Assembly: GCA_001949185.1 (NCBI GenBank) | Contig: BDGG01000005.1 | Coordinates: 620,001 to 684,000, forward strand | Direction: 5' to 3' | DNA from: Ramazzottius varieornatus | Lineage: Eukaryota > Animalia > Tardigrada | Length of the DNA stretch: 64,000 nt | Part shown: positions 1-12,745 of the stretch, piece by piece | How positions within the stretch are numbered: the stretch's first letter is position 1 | Layout of the letters: each line of letters opens with the position of its first letter | Position numbers and translations under genes: made by a program | Notes under the pieces: model-generated | What the model was told of the DNA's origin: nothing | The model's database searches: none | Seen by the model: the letters and a program-made list of their open reading frames with translations, nothing else

Positions 1-104
1 GTAAGAACCTTGTACAGGAATTTCGGCGCGAAGATCGAAAGGTGGTCGATGCTTTTCTTTCATAGTTTGGGCTTCCGCGATTCCCGTACAAGCGGTCTCG
101 TCCG

Positions 105-467
105 ATGAATGAACGCTGTGACAGCTTGTTACTTCTTCTGGTACGGACCTGCATAAACCTTTCCCACATTGTGATACACGAACTCATCAGTATGGCTACT
201 TTGCTCCTGATTGCTCATCAAACAAAGGGACGCCTAAGAACCATCTTCGTGAGAAAGAATGCTCTGCTGAAGAAACATGCTTGGCGGAACGGGGAAGACC
301 AAGTCAAACTGACGGCTGACATGCAGGAGGTGCTCACGAATGCCTCGAATTACCAAAGTTTTGTGAAGGAAATGAATGTGCTGTTGGGATGTCCTTTGAA
401 TAACTGGCGCCCGCTAACGGACAAGGAATTCAAAGAGCTCAGCTTCGATTCCCTAAACAAAAAGTAG
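105..467 (+). other. Possible 3' coding fragment of an unidentified gene or element running in from the left edge
   Basis: 120-aa open frame ending ...CPLNNWRPLTDKEFKELSFDSLNKK*; no family recognised. Confidence 0.2.
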
Positions 468-1501
468 GCGGAGTTAAGAGCCCGCTGTTGAAATTTGTAG
501 TCGCATTCGCTGTATGCTTTCGGCCTGGATCAAAACGATCTTGAAAGTGTAGCAAAGCTTGTAGAAAGCTCTGTATGGAGCCGAAAACCCCATTCAAGAC
601 ACGATTTCCTTCGTGTTGCGTCGGGGAAGAAATTTGATTCTCAGCAGCTTTTGTTGATACGGTCTCGGTTAGTAACTTCCGGGTCCGCGTGGATTTTCGT
701 AATGCCAGTATCAAGACTCAAAGAGAACAGTGTCCACAGCTCGGACGTTTTGAAATTGATAAAAGACATACTAAGAAGTTTTGAAATTTCGGAAATTTCA
801 AAAATGTAAGTAAAGAAGATTTCTGTGCTTCCTCGGTTAATATGGATGTTAGAGAGTCTCTGGGGATGTTCATGGGTCGACCTGTCCGACCGGAAGTTAG
901 ATGGCGGCTACACGATTCGGCCAGCCCGAAAGGTTTAAGCGTTACAGCCTGCGCTACGTTGATTGTCCATCGTACGCCTGTTCAAGCGCGTTCAGGCTTT
1001 TTGGCATTGCCGGAACCCTTCGCTTCAAATTCAGTTTTACCTCTTTTAGGAATGTATCAGATAAAATTCCTATCCAGAAAGATCGAGAAACAACGATTCA
1101 GTTGAGTAGTTTACTCACAAACAACCGACCGGATCGTGGGGTGAAACCTGCCATAACCAAATCGTGTCGCTTACTTCGTAGTTCGTACGACGTACGTGTA
1201 GGCTTAACCAGAGAGTCAATCGATCGTATTTTACGTCATTAGATCGAATCCAACCACAACGGAACCTGGCGTGTGTTTGAACAGCGGCCTGTGACGTTCG
1301 CAGAGATCGTCGCAGTGGAGATGGGATGATGTGATCGCAAATTTTATCGCGAATTTTCCCACTTCCCGTGCGTTTCTCTCGAATCCCGATTCCCGAACTC
1401 TGTGTACGTCGTGGAAACTTGAGGAGAGCTGCCCACTCATCTGGAACGTTATCGTACTCGTTTGTTAGCATCTGCTTGATTCTCCGGATCTCGGATCGAC
1501 A

Positions 1502-2341
1502 ATGGTGTTCGCCGTTATCCGTGCTGTTGCCCAGCGTGCTCCCTGCAATGCGCTCACCATCGGAGCCCGAACCCTCTTCGGAGTTAAAAGTAAGTATGGG
1601 CTATCACCTTTTCGTTCTCGGTGATGCAGAGCGTCCATGTGCTCTCCGAACGTTATGATGGCTTCCGGATGCGAATTCGTGCGATCAAAGACGCATGGTC
1701 TCAAACACGAATAAGGATCTATGTGACTGACTTCGGTGACAGTCTTGGTTGTGTATTTCAGTGCCCAAATACGGACCCGATCCTCTCGACCTTGCAACTG
1801 GATTGGAAAAGAAGGAAATGATGGCTCGCGCAGCAGGAAACGACGTAAGTCAGGACGATTCACCTGCTGTACTTGCTGTTTAGGAACGCTAGGCTAGTTA
1901 TACAGCTGATCATAGCGTACCTGCTCACTCAAGTTTGTTGCTTCTTTTACCATGTGTCTAAATATCCTTCGTCCTTGCAGGATCCGTTCGAAATAGCAGC
2001 TGTGAAGAGAGGAGTGGGCACTCGGGAGCAGCCTACCGAGATCCCCTCGATGGCGGACAGCAGAATTATCGGATGTATATGTAAGTATGTGTGTATGTAT
2101 CAAAGTGAAATCAAAGTTGGAACAGAACGTGCAGGAAATACGAGTCCAGTTTTCTGGAACCTTTCTGGAGTTTTCTACGCTTCCGTAAACGGTCCCCCAT
2201 GCTTCTTTTTCAGGTAACGAAGACTCGCTGTATGTTGCGTACATGACGCTTCATATGGGAGAACCCAAGCGATGTGAATGCGGACATTGGTTCAACCTCG
2301 TCCCAGGAAACGGAATCACTCATCCGTCTTGGATCCTTTAA
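1502..2341 (+). CDS. COX5B: Cytochrome c oxidase subunit 5B, mitochondrial (4 exons)
   Basis: Spliced product MVFAVIRAVAQRAP...MPKYGPDPLDLATGLEKKEMMARAAGND/DPFEIAAVKRGVGTREQPTEIPSMADSRIIGCIC/NEDS...GEPKRCECGHWFNL. It has the COX5B ATGLE(R/K)(R/K)E motif, the Zn ligands CxC...CxC, a presequence-like N-terminus and GT-AG introns. Confidence 0.93.
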
Positions 2342-2963
2342 GCCCCGAACAGGATCAGGAATAGTTCTATTTCAAGTTTTAGTGATAGTTTCCATCTTGT
2401 GTTTCACATAGTCTCGGACTGAGCAAAACATCGTGGCTGGCATCAACAGTTTCTTTCGAAGCTGGAAGCAATGTACCAGACTTACTTCATGATGGGTTAT
2501 TACTTCTTAGTGGGTGTGAAGCTTTCCTTCTGCTTATATTATTTCCTTGTGGCGAGTCACGAACACTAGTTACATCGAATCTTGCGAGTGACGCTGTGTG
2601 AAATAAAGTATATAGCGTACCATTTTTACGGGAGAACCTCTGTAGAGTCTATGCCGAGTGGAGTTCTGGCATCGCAAGGTCGCTACTAAGCGACGATCCT
2701 TTGTTCTTATAGACAACCAGTTGATCCTAAACAGAAGAACCTCAACAACCGTACATGACATGATACTGTAGAATGTAGATATCGAATATCTCAGATCGAC
2801 GGGCAGGAAGCGCCAGTGCGTTTTTTTAAAGTTTAACCACGAAGAACAGGAAGACGTCAACGGTCAAAAGTCTTCTTCTCGTAGGTGAAATCGTACACGA
2901 TACTAATACAGCTGAAATTGGAAGGATCGGCATGCCTTCGGTCCAAGGAATCTTGTCCAGCCA

Positions 2964-3630
2964 TTAGTCGTCCCAAATAGAACATTCCGTGTGCCGTCTT
3001 CGTATAGCAATACGACCCAGTGGGTGGCTCGCCGAATTCATCACGAAAAACCAGGAACGTCTGATCAATCTTGTCGTCTTTATCTCGAAGCCGACTGCCA
3101 CACCGCCAACACTCAGCTTGACTGCCTCGCTCGCCTGACCACCAGTCTTCACAACCTCCAGTTCGTCCTCTGTCAATAGGACGTCGTCGTCATCGTCGTC
3201 GAAGGAGTCGATCCCGAATCAGTCCCCAAAAGAGCCTTTCGTAGAGAAGATCGATATTTTGTTGATAGCGTCTACCTTCGTCATTATGTCTCATTGCATA
3301 CAAAGGCATTTCTCGACCAACAGAGACAAAACTGTCTGGTCCGCGATCTCGAGACCACCTATACCCTCTCGACGTTGGCAAAAAGCGCCTACTGAATTAT
3401 TATCTATCACTCTGGACAGCTCAAAGCCGATGGTAGCCGGTGGCTCGCATCCACGTCGGGGATGTAGTCCAGAAGAGCTCTCTGCAGCTACCTTCTGTTC
3501 CAGCTCTTGTAAGGTGCAGATACTATCCTACTGTACCATGAGCAACCTCTGTATCTCAATGTCCCCTCGATTCCTTCTTTCCGAGGAAAGCCTGCTACGT
3601 TGTTTCACTGAACATGCTTGCTCATAACTT
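2964..3630 (-). pseudogene. Highly decayed hAT-like transposase relic
   Basis: Broken frames contain hAT-like pieces (VAHGT, ELSRVID, RTR, LLTEDELEVVKT...EAVKLSV) with many frameshifts; no TIR found. Confidence 0.3.
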
Positions 3631-4698
3631 ACCTTGAAAGGTCCTTCGAGCAGCTCCTCGTCCGTCACCGAAGAGTTGCGTATCCTTCAAAGCTTTCTCA
3701 TAGTGTCGTTCAACGGTTGACAGTTTCTCGACGTATATTTTCGATGCATCTATAATGCATCGAAAATTGCGATAAAACGGAAATTCAACCTCTCTCCCTC
3801 TCTTTTACCATGAATTTTATGTCCACAGACCCCAAGACTTCGTCCCGTGCCAGAAGAGCCTGCTCGATGAAGGCGTCAATTTCACGCCAGACAGCTTCCA
3901 TGATGGGCTCGTTAGTCTATTCGGCATTCCGCGCCTACAAAGGAGCACTTGTCCGAAAAACATTTTAGTGAAGCTGTCACAGTACACTTTCTGTTTATAT
4001 ACGTCAACCACAAAGGGCATGCAGGAGCCCATGTTGTGTAACGCCTGCGCCTAATTGTCAATTTTTTCTTGAATATGCTTCAAGGTCCAGCCGCGGCAGA
4101 AGTGCAGGGCTGGAATACCGTATTTCCCGGCACCTTTCATCGTGTCCACTGTCCAGAGCCAATATCAATACAATGTACGGTATTGGAAAGGTTCTCTTCA
4201 CAATACCCGTAAGCACCGATCCGTTCTTTGCGTCCTTACGGCCCGACGTTGAAGAAGACGTCGAAACGAATGGGCTTGTTCTTCTACAGGTATGTCGTCC
4301 GTTCTTTGATGTTCTTTGCCTTTCCTGCCGTCCCCAGTTCATGTCAGCCATAGGATCATCCATTTTGTAAGCCAGGCATGTAGGCCTGACATGTAAGCCT
4401 GGCATATTTGGAGACAGGCCACCAACGGTCGCTTCTCGTAATTCTAGCTGTACTGCGAAAGCCACAGTCTTCCGGAAGAATCTGATGGAGTGGCCGAGTG
4501 GAGTCGGAACTCCGAACTCCGAAGTCCGTTAAAATAAAATTCCATGTCATCATCGTCATGACATACGCGTCATAAGGAATATGACATAACTCACCACTGT
4601 AAGTTACGTATCTCGTACAGTAGTGAATTTGTTGGAAAAGCTTTTAACTCCGACAACTATCTGCCCTGATTTTTCTCGTCTTCTAGACCCACGGGGAA

Positions 4699-6707
4699 AT
4701 GGATCAGCGGGCATCTATGCCTTTCGCCGAGGCAATCGAAGACATCAGCGCAGGAATGAGCACACGAGCGGCTGCGCTGAAATATGGGATACCTCGGACC
4801 ACCTTGCTTAACCACAAGAACAATCCCACCGTCAGGAAGAATGGTCGCCCTCCTGCACTTTCCGAAAACGACGAAAAGATCATTGCCGACATGTTCATCC
4901 TGTGTTCTGAATTCAAGATCGAACTGGATCAGCTCAAGTTTGACGAAGTCCTGGCAGATGCTGCAAGAGATCAAGGCAAGTACCTGAAACCTAATAAAGC
5001 AATCAATGACGGTAAACCACACTATAATATCGTTTGCGGTCGGACTTCCGGCCATTCCTCCACCATGTCCATGTTTGATCCCTGCTAACTTATGTCACGC
5101 CATTTCCTTTGAAGGTCTTGCCTATACGGACTTTGGGCGTGGCTGGTACCGGCTGTTCCTCAAGCGACATCCCGTTGTCGAGGAACGAGTACGTCTAGCG
5201 AAAGTCCTCAAGAAGTTCAATAAGGCTTCTAACGCGAAGAAGCTGAAAGAATGGACAGAAGAAAGCGCAGAGCTGTACGTGTCGATGTTACAAGGTCTGA
5301 AAACCGATGGCTTCCTGGAAGACCCACGAGGAATCTTCAGTCTGGGAGAAACCACGTTCGAAGTGGAAGTTGGCTCACGAAGACTCGCTCGTCTTGCACC
5401 GAATGGTAAAACGTTGGCTTCTTTCTCAAAATAGGTCTTTTCGGGTATCATGTCATGTCGGATCTGTCCTTCTGTCTTCAGGACCTTCTCAGGAACAGAT
5501 CAAGGTAGTTACATGTGGGCTCGCCGACGGAACCTACTTTCGACCGATGTTACTAATGAACAATAATGCGACTTCCGGCGGATGTCTGAACGGTGTAACA
5601 GATGAGATTGCCATAGCCAACAACTCGTCCGGAGTAATGGAACCGTCCGACTTGCAGACGTATGTGGAAGAAGAGATCGTGCCGAACCTTCAATGCGTAA
5701 AGGTACACTGTACTCCGATCCTCTCTTTCAACTATCAACTGCTTTCTAAATAGGCTACTAACTTTCCTTGCATTGCAGAACGTCCTGTTCCTCTCAGGTA
5801 GAACCAGCAACGTGTACACCATGGAACTGATGCAAGTGTGTCTCAAGGTAGCGCACAGTAATTTTCGTGTATTCTTAAAGCTGAAGTCGTCGGCTTGATG
5901 TTTTAAACTATGTATAAATCTGTTTTTAGTATGGTATTCGTGTAGTATGTTTTCCTGGCTCAATGACGGAGGCAGTACAACCGATGGGTCTTCACTTGAC
6001 TCAGCAATTCCAGTCGCTGTATCGCGATTATTCCCGGACACTCGCGTGGAACCCGAACGAAGAGGTACTTACAGTAGGAACGAGATTTGCTGGAGATTGT
6101 ATACTTAACCGTCTCCCGTTTGCTCGGTAGTTGACGCGTGTAACTTTTCCTCGTCACATCACCATTGTCTGGCGCCAAATCAGCGCACAGACGAACCTGA
6201 TAGCGTCTTTCATGGAGACCGGGATCTATCCATTCGACCCTCAGATCATCCGGGGGTTCGTGCCACACGCCCTTCCTTTTCCTTCTGAGATGCAAGTCAT
6301 TCAAGCCACTCAACCAGCTAGTCCTACAGTGGACCCAGTTGCCCACGCAGTTTCTTTGGTCAAGATCGAAGATATCCTCACGTCCGAAATGAATATCTCA
6401 CCTGAAGAAGCACATTTCCTTGTGGACGGCCTGCTTCAGATCATGAACCGTAAGTCCCTGATATCGTGAAGCTTGTAGTGTTGCCGCGATGTATCAATAT
6501 TCATGGGTTACAGGGCGCTCGACGGTGAAGCGTCTCGCTACAAATTTCGCCAAGAAGACCTTCCCTTCACCAAAGAAAGCTAGACTGAAGAGCCTGGCAA
6601 AGGTTCCGATGTCCAAACGTGCGAGCGAGGGCTCAGCAAGTAAAAAGGTAGTGCAGAAAATTTCTATACCTGGATACTTCGAGACAATAGTTGACGAAAC
6701 ATTCTAG
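4699..6707 (+). CDS. Domesticated pogo/Tigger-family (HTH_psq + CENP-B-like HTH + degenerate DDE_1) DNA-binding protein, multi-exon; 3' end may extend to 6886
   Basis: HTH AIEDISAGMSTRAAALKYGIPRTTL, GRPPALS linker, FGRGWYRLFLKRHP, then IFSLGETT, VLFLSGRTSN, VQPMG and ASFMETGIYPFDP, matching pogo DDE blocks. Intact frame across introns (first intron GC-AG 4976-5114); no TIRs seen. Confidence 0.8.
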
Positions 6708-6882
6708 TCACGAATGGCAAAGTTTCAAGTGGACTACGATCGTGTTTAGAAATGCACCAGTCAGTTTGGTAATCTCCGTTAATTTTTCTTGTTGGCAACA
6801 GGCAAAACACTCAAGTTGTACTTTCATAGGACGTATCCAGCAACAGAGACGCGATCGATGACGACCGTACTTTCGCGAAGAA

Positions 6883-8857
6883 CTAGCAGCAGTTCTCGTA
6901 CGATGTAGACTGCGAATATTCGAAAGCTTCCTGCTGATGGCTGTCAGAAAACATAGATTCTTGATTTTCGTAATGGTATTTAGGTACGTGGTTGTAGTAT
7001 TCATCAGGCTCGTATCCATCGCCGAGCCATCTACCCGCATCGTCGCGCCCGAACAGGTGAGTAGTTTTTGGGACGTAACTGATTACGCTTGTTTGGGAAT
7101 GAGGATACGAAGCGTAACTGGATGGCTCCGTGGCAATACTTGGCTGCATAGTGTGACTAGTGTGTGGCTCTTCGTAGAAGGGACCGGAGGTCGCTGAAGG
7201 CGGAAAAGTCACCAGGCTGCGAAGGGGAACGTTGTCGAACGGGCCATACGGCGGCTGATCGAGCTCAAATGACTGTTCTTCCTGAATGAAGGTCCGTTGA
7301 AATTGGTGAGCACTATTCCAGGCTTCCGGGCGTGGGTTTTGCATAGGGTACTCCAGGCTGGACCCGGAAGAAGGTGGGCCGTTGTGGGCGTAGCCTGTTT
7401 TTCCAAAATATAATTCTAATTTGCTACCTTGGTGGTTACATTCAATCATTTAGCTTCTCTGTGGACTAGTGTTCACAGTACCTGTACTGAACGTCGAGTG
7501 TTGGTGGCCGCTGTTCAGGTGATCGAAATAATCTGTTGACGTCGGACATTCGCAGTGGTCACTGCCGTTCAGGCTAGGAGACAAGGAAGGCAGAGTAGCG
7601 GTTTCCGTGACGTGATAATCTGAATACGCGTTAGACGGATGGACAGCCGGAAAGGGTGCTGACGGTTGACCAGTGTAGACGGAATACGGGAGAGGATTTG
7701 CCATGCTGTTTACGTAAGCATTAACCTGTAAGATGAAAACAATTCTCTAACCAATACAAGCACACGCTTCTATGGATCGTTGGATAATATTCAAAATAAA
7801 TTTAGTCTATGTAAAGTTACCCGGATTGAAAGCTACCACGTGTCTTTACATTAAATCACAAGTGGCTACGGTAATCACCAGCATGTATCTTGCAGGCACT
7901 TTACGTTCTAGAGCTAAATGAGGAAAGCGATTTGTACATGTCGTTCCGAACGCACCTGTGAGATGATTGGCTTATGGGGTGATATCTTCAGCTGGACGGA
8001 CGGGAGGGGATATTTGGAACGAGGAACTGATGGCTCTTCTGCTTTACTTTCCATCCATGCCGACACTGGCGACCTTTGCTTGTTTGTCTTCTTGGTCATC
8101 TTTCGCAACTCTGTGTTGTGTGTTTTGGGCTCAGGTCGCGGATGATCGTGGACTCCTTTGGATTGGAAGAAGATGCCTTGGGGCGCATGTCTCCAGAAAT
8201 GAGTAACGGGATAGCCACAGTGACCTCGGCAAGGCATGGAGATCAACTTTCCGCCACAAAAAGGGTTGGGACAACTTCTACCTAATGGTTAAAACTTCCA
8301 ATTAGCCCAACAAGATACTGGAAAAGCTTCTAAAAATGAATTGTTTTCAATCAGTACGTATGGAAAGCGTTTTTCAGGCAGGATTCCAATTATAAGTCAG
8401 AAACACCGTAAAGTATCCGTCCACATGAAGAGCAAGCGCAATCGGAATTTTTCCGCGTCATTTTGTAGCTTGGTTTGTCTCGTACCTTGTTGCTTTTTGC
8501 GGGCTTTGTCGCAAATGGCCGGCCGCATATGAACCTTCTCGCCGAACTCGCTGGTGCAGTTCCTGTCGCAAACCAGGACTCCGAGACAGGACTTTTTGAG
8601 GATGACCACGTTGTGGTTATTGGTGTTGCGCATCGCCCAACCGCTGGTATGCCTCCTCGCTTCTTCGCACTCGTTCGAGTAAATCAACTTGGCGTGCCCG
8701 TCCACACATTCCCGAAAATAATCGAACTGACCAACCTATCACACAAAAACTTTTCCCAGATCGTTCGAAAGACTTTTCAGAGTAAAATATTCTGACCGGT
8801 ACATCTTACCTGTGGCAATTGTACGTCATTGATATCCCATTCAAAGAGATCCTCCAT
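6883..8857 (-). CDS. gcm: Glial cells missing (GCM) transcription factor
   Basis: [16 protein letters not shown]; [24 protein letters not shown]; [14 protein letters not shown]; [15 protein letters not shown]; [16 protein letters not shown] (GCM DNA-binding domain); S/P/Y-rich C-terminus. Confidence 0.96.
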
Positions 8858-10878
8858 GACGTATCCGATCAAGTTGCGCGGTTAGTGAATTCGCGTTTCC
8901 AGGTTCCACAGCGACAAACCGAAGTTGGGATACATGACGGCTTTCGAATGAATGGCAGTAAATGGAGTGGAAGATAGATCATAAAAGACAATGGAAATTA
9001 AGCGTGGCTAACTAAACACAGCAGGTATCGCAGTTGTTTCGCCAATGAGTACCATTAAAAGTCAATTGGGAACAATTCGCCAAGCCGAGGTTCCCGCTGT
9101 GCTGGACTGCAAACGTCGGACGCGTCAAATGATAAGGTATGAGTATAGACTCAACACGGTACAAATCAACAAAGTTCATTTAGATCCACACGGATTAGTC
9201 TTTTACCTGGGCTGGAGAATAATTACAGGCCAGGAAACTGATGATGACCTCACCAACAAGGAAGCGTGCGCGCGGGATGGAGAGTGTGGTGGAGATGAAG
9301 TGTCGTTTGGCAAAAGTGTCTTTGCATTTCTAACAGATATTTAAATGCCATCTTCACTTGGATTTGTGGGCGTTTCCCTTTTCAGTCGTCCGGTTGATGA
9401 GCTTGACTTCCCTATACAGGAGCGCGCTCACCTGCCGCTGCCGCTAACGTCAGCTCATCTTCGTGACAACTTTTGATTGCTCCTCCCTTCAATCATCTAC
9501 CATAGTACCATTCATTGCATGGAACTCATTGAACAGGAATATATATGTTCCCAGAACAGAAGGAACATCAGCGTAAAACACCGTAGTCACCGGATATCAG
9601 AGTTCTTTAAAACCTGAAACGGTAGTAACGGTACTGCACGTTCTTGCAAATACCCCTGGGCCGGGTGCGTTCCCTGTAGAAAACAAGGGGGTGACAGGTG
9701 TCCGCGACTCCGCGGGATTCGGCGGGAAGATCATGCGATTTTGTCTTTACCGCTTCAATGGAGAATCCTTCTAGTCAGACAATCGTGAAGTTTCATGGAA
9801 AACCCAAAACAATCGTCATTCGATACGGTGCAGAATATTTTTCGTTTCTTTGAATTATTGTGGGTATGAAAGGCGTGGTTATGGGTATTTGGCAAGGGTC
9901 ACTTGTGGAGATACTGTAAGTGACGGGTTCATCTGGAAGACAATCAGATACATGGATTACAACACCCAAACTTGTGAAAGAGCTAATTCTAGTAGAACTT
10001 CAAAATCTGCATACTTATAATTCATTCTTGGCTGTTTCAGCTGGACTTAGGATTACCAACTGTTGAATATTTGAATAAATAAAGTATCAAGGTGATGTTG
10101 AGATGAGCTGAAAGAATGCAAATTAGTAACGGCTGTGGATCATTCGACTTCATTGGGAATTTTAAATCCTTACGAGACAAGAATTACAGTCTGAGCTATT
10201 GTCAGGAATACGGAGTGGCCACTTCACCGATCTGATGACCCTTTGTCTTCCCATTGAGAATCAATAATCACATCTTGCATTATATTAGCCAAATATCTTC
10301 AATAGATCGGAGCAACCACAACACATAATTCAACGTTCGATTTTCGAGTGTTTATGCCTTATGGCTTCTTCTGATTTTATCTTAACTTCATTTACTCATT
10401 TTGCCGAATAATTCGTTCAAAGGTTTTCCAAAGTCTACTTTGATAAGCACCTTTTTTGAATCTTTCTAAATCTTGAACCTTAAATTCGTTTGTTGATTTT
10501 GTGATCGCTTTTCACTGCAGGACTGGGGTCAGAGTATACCAACTGCAAATCATAATTTGTAACGTCGACCGCACGTGTGAGGTCATCAGCAAGCACAAAG
10601 AGCGGCGGCGTATGAACAATAAATCAGGGCGTGTACCGCCACACAAACAGAACATGAATTTAATCTGTGATTCTTTCAATGAACTATCTCATGCTTCGCC
10701 GACCTGAAATCCCACCTCCTCTTAAACAATAAGAACTGATTTCTGAATATGTTCGAAAGTTATTTACTGAGACATTGTGGGCAGTACCTTTCGATCATTT
10801 GGCTTTCACCTGAAAATTCTGCAGGAGACCATAACGCGCGCTAGATTTCAAACCGAATTCTAGCTGTTCAGCGAGTTA

Positions 10879-11619
10879 CACCCTGTCCCAGCCAACTTGC
10901 TACCACCTCGAACTTCGACGTCGAAAAGCTCAGATTACTGTTTTTCTTCCGCTTAGTCCGCACTGTTCGTACAACTTTTTGAGCTCTATCGAATGAGCCG
11001 CAATTCGATACGAAACAGCAAGAAACAGCTTTGAACATTGGACTGATATGCCTCCCGGTGGGGAAGACATGTCGCCGCGACTAAAACGCAGTCTACAGAA
11101 TTCTGTGCTTGAGTTGCGATCCCCGATTTGATGTAGATAGGCCTACAACAATCTGAGCAGTCTGGAAAGATCGAAAAAGGCCATAGGACTACCCAACTGG
11201 CTCGGCAAATGAATTAAAACTAGTAAATTTGGCCATTTTGCCGGGAAAACGGTATCCTGCCGAAAACTCTAGCTATGGTTCAGAACGGCAGATTCACGTA
11301 ACCGACCCCTTCTTGGATAGCTCGGACCCAGTTCTAATTATTATCAACAACAAAACTTCAGGAGCTCAGTCACATACTGAAAACATAATTTTTGAAAATG
11401 ATCGTGAAAACTCCGAAAGTTGTGTGAGTTTTTTCACCTCGCCCCTTTTCAACTTTTGCGTCGATTCCGACTTCCTGTGAACAGATTTCCGGCCAATCTT
11501 TTTTTGTGAGATAGCAAATAGGATAGTGAAGCAAGGAAATACAGTATGGAAATTGGACAACAATCGAGTCGAGAACAACTCAATATTATGAGTGGTAGCA
11601 AGTTGGCTGGGACAGGGTG
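10879..11619. mobile_element. Non-autonomous Tc1/mariner-type MITE, ~740 bp
   Basis: Perfect inverted repeat ACACCCTGTCCCAGCCAACTTGCTACCAC (10878-10906) / GTGGTAGCAAGTTGGCTGGGACAGGGTGT (11592-11620); left flank TA, right flank TG (mutated TA); no coding capacity. Confidence 0.75.
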
Positions 11620-11803
11620 TGTTTCTGAATCAAGGAAAAGCACCGAGTGATTGGAAGTGAGCGAATGAACTGAGCGGCGCACATCACCAGCCGAAAACAA
11701 TGCATAGGTACGCCACTTGGGATAATGATTTGTTGCAGTTCATTTACCCTCAAAGACCACTAAAATCGATCTGGCAGAGGGCGGAATCAAGCCTTCAAAC
11801 CAA

Positions 11804-12745
11804 TTAAAATTCTGTTTTTTGACGCTTCGCCAACCATTCTTTGATGCCTTTCAGGTTGTGGACCCGATCGACATACTCTTGCAGTTCCGGATGCGAAGTC
11901 AGAATGGACTGGTCCATGAGCACTAGTTCATCCAGGAAGCCGACCGCAGTGAAGTCTGCCCACGTTGGTCCTTGGCCCACCAGATAACCAGACTTGTTCC
12001 GACCAAGAATGGTTTCGTACTGTTGCAGGTAGGGAACGATATCCGCGGTTAGGAACTGTTTCCTGATGTCGTCGACTTTCGGATCGTTCTCCATCTTAGC
12101 ATGCAGCCAGTTGATCCAGCCCTTGTAGATGTCTAATGAGAAAATAACGACACGTCATGTTATGTCATACCATGTCGTATCATTGGCTATTAGCCTGATA
12201 CTGATGCAGATGGGAGTGGAAATTTTAAAGCCGGCAAAAAACGCCCGGATGGTCGTTATCCCAAGTGGCGCACTGCACCAGCCAATAGCAAAGAAAACTG
12301 CGCTGCGTGAAACAATAATCATCCCAGTACTGTTTCTCTACCTACCAAATGACCGCCGGCAAAATCGATCGCTTACCTTCCGTAAAGTCAACCAGCGCAT
12401 CCACTTCCGCCTCTTCCCATGCGTCCTGTAACAAGGTACGGCGAAGAAACCATGCCGCAGTTGAGTATCGCCTAAGGGAGACGTGTATCTTACCTTTCCA
12501 GCGAGTCCATGCTGTCTAGCAAGATACCTTCCGATGGCATGGCTTTGTCCCAGAGTCTTGCCGTTCACTTCGATGTAGGGAAGCTGGCCGAGCGGGCTTT
12601 TTGTCTTCATCTGGGGGTTCTTCACCCATTCAGCATGGTCCACTCGTTCGTCCTTGAAGTTCTGCCCGGCAGCATGCAGAATCCAGCGGATAACTTCACC
12701 TCGACCACGCCCATCAAAGTAATATAGAGTCACTGGAGAACCCAT
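11804..12745 (-). CDS. Glutathione S-transferase, sigma-like (GST-A, 3 exons)
   Basis: MGSPVTLYYFDGRGRGEVIRWIL; SPLGQLPYIEVNGKTLGQSHAIGRYLA; GYLVGQGPTWADF; GIKEWLAKRQKTEF. Confidence 0.95.

Noticed and set aside
3817-4559. Several overlapping short ORFs
   Set aside because: No recognisable motifs or consistent splice structure; possibly decayed repeat, but it cannot be supported.
11192-11720. Possible element with CCCAA(C/G)TGGC termini
   Set aside because: Only a 9/10 match, no clear TSD, and it would straddle the end of the well-supported mariner MITE.
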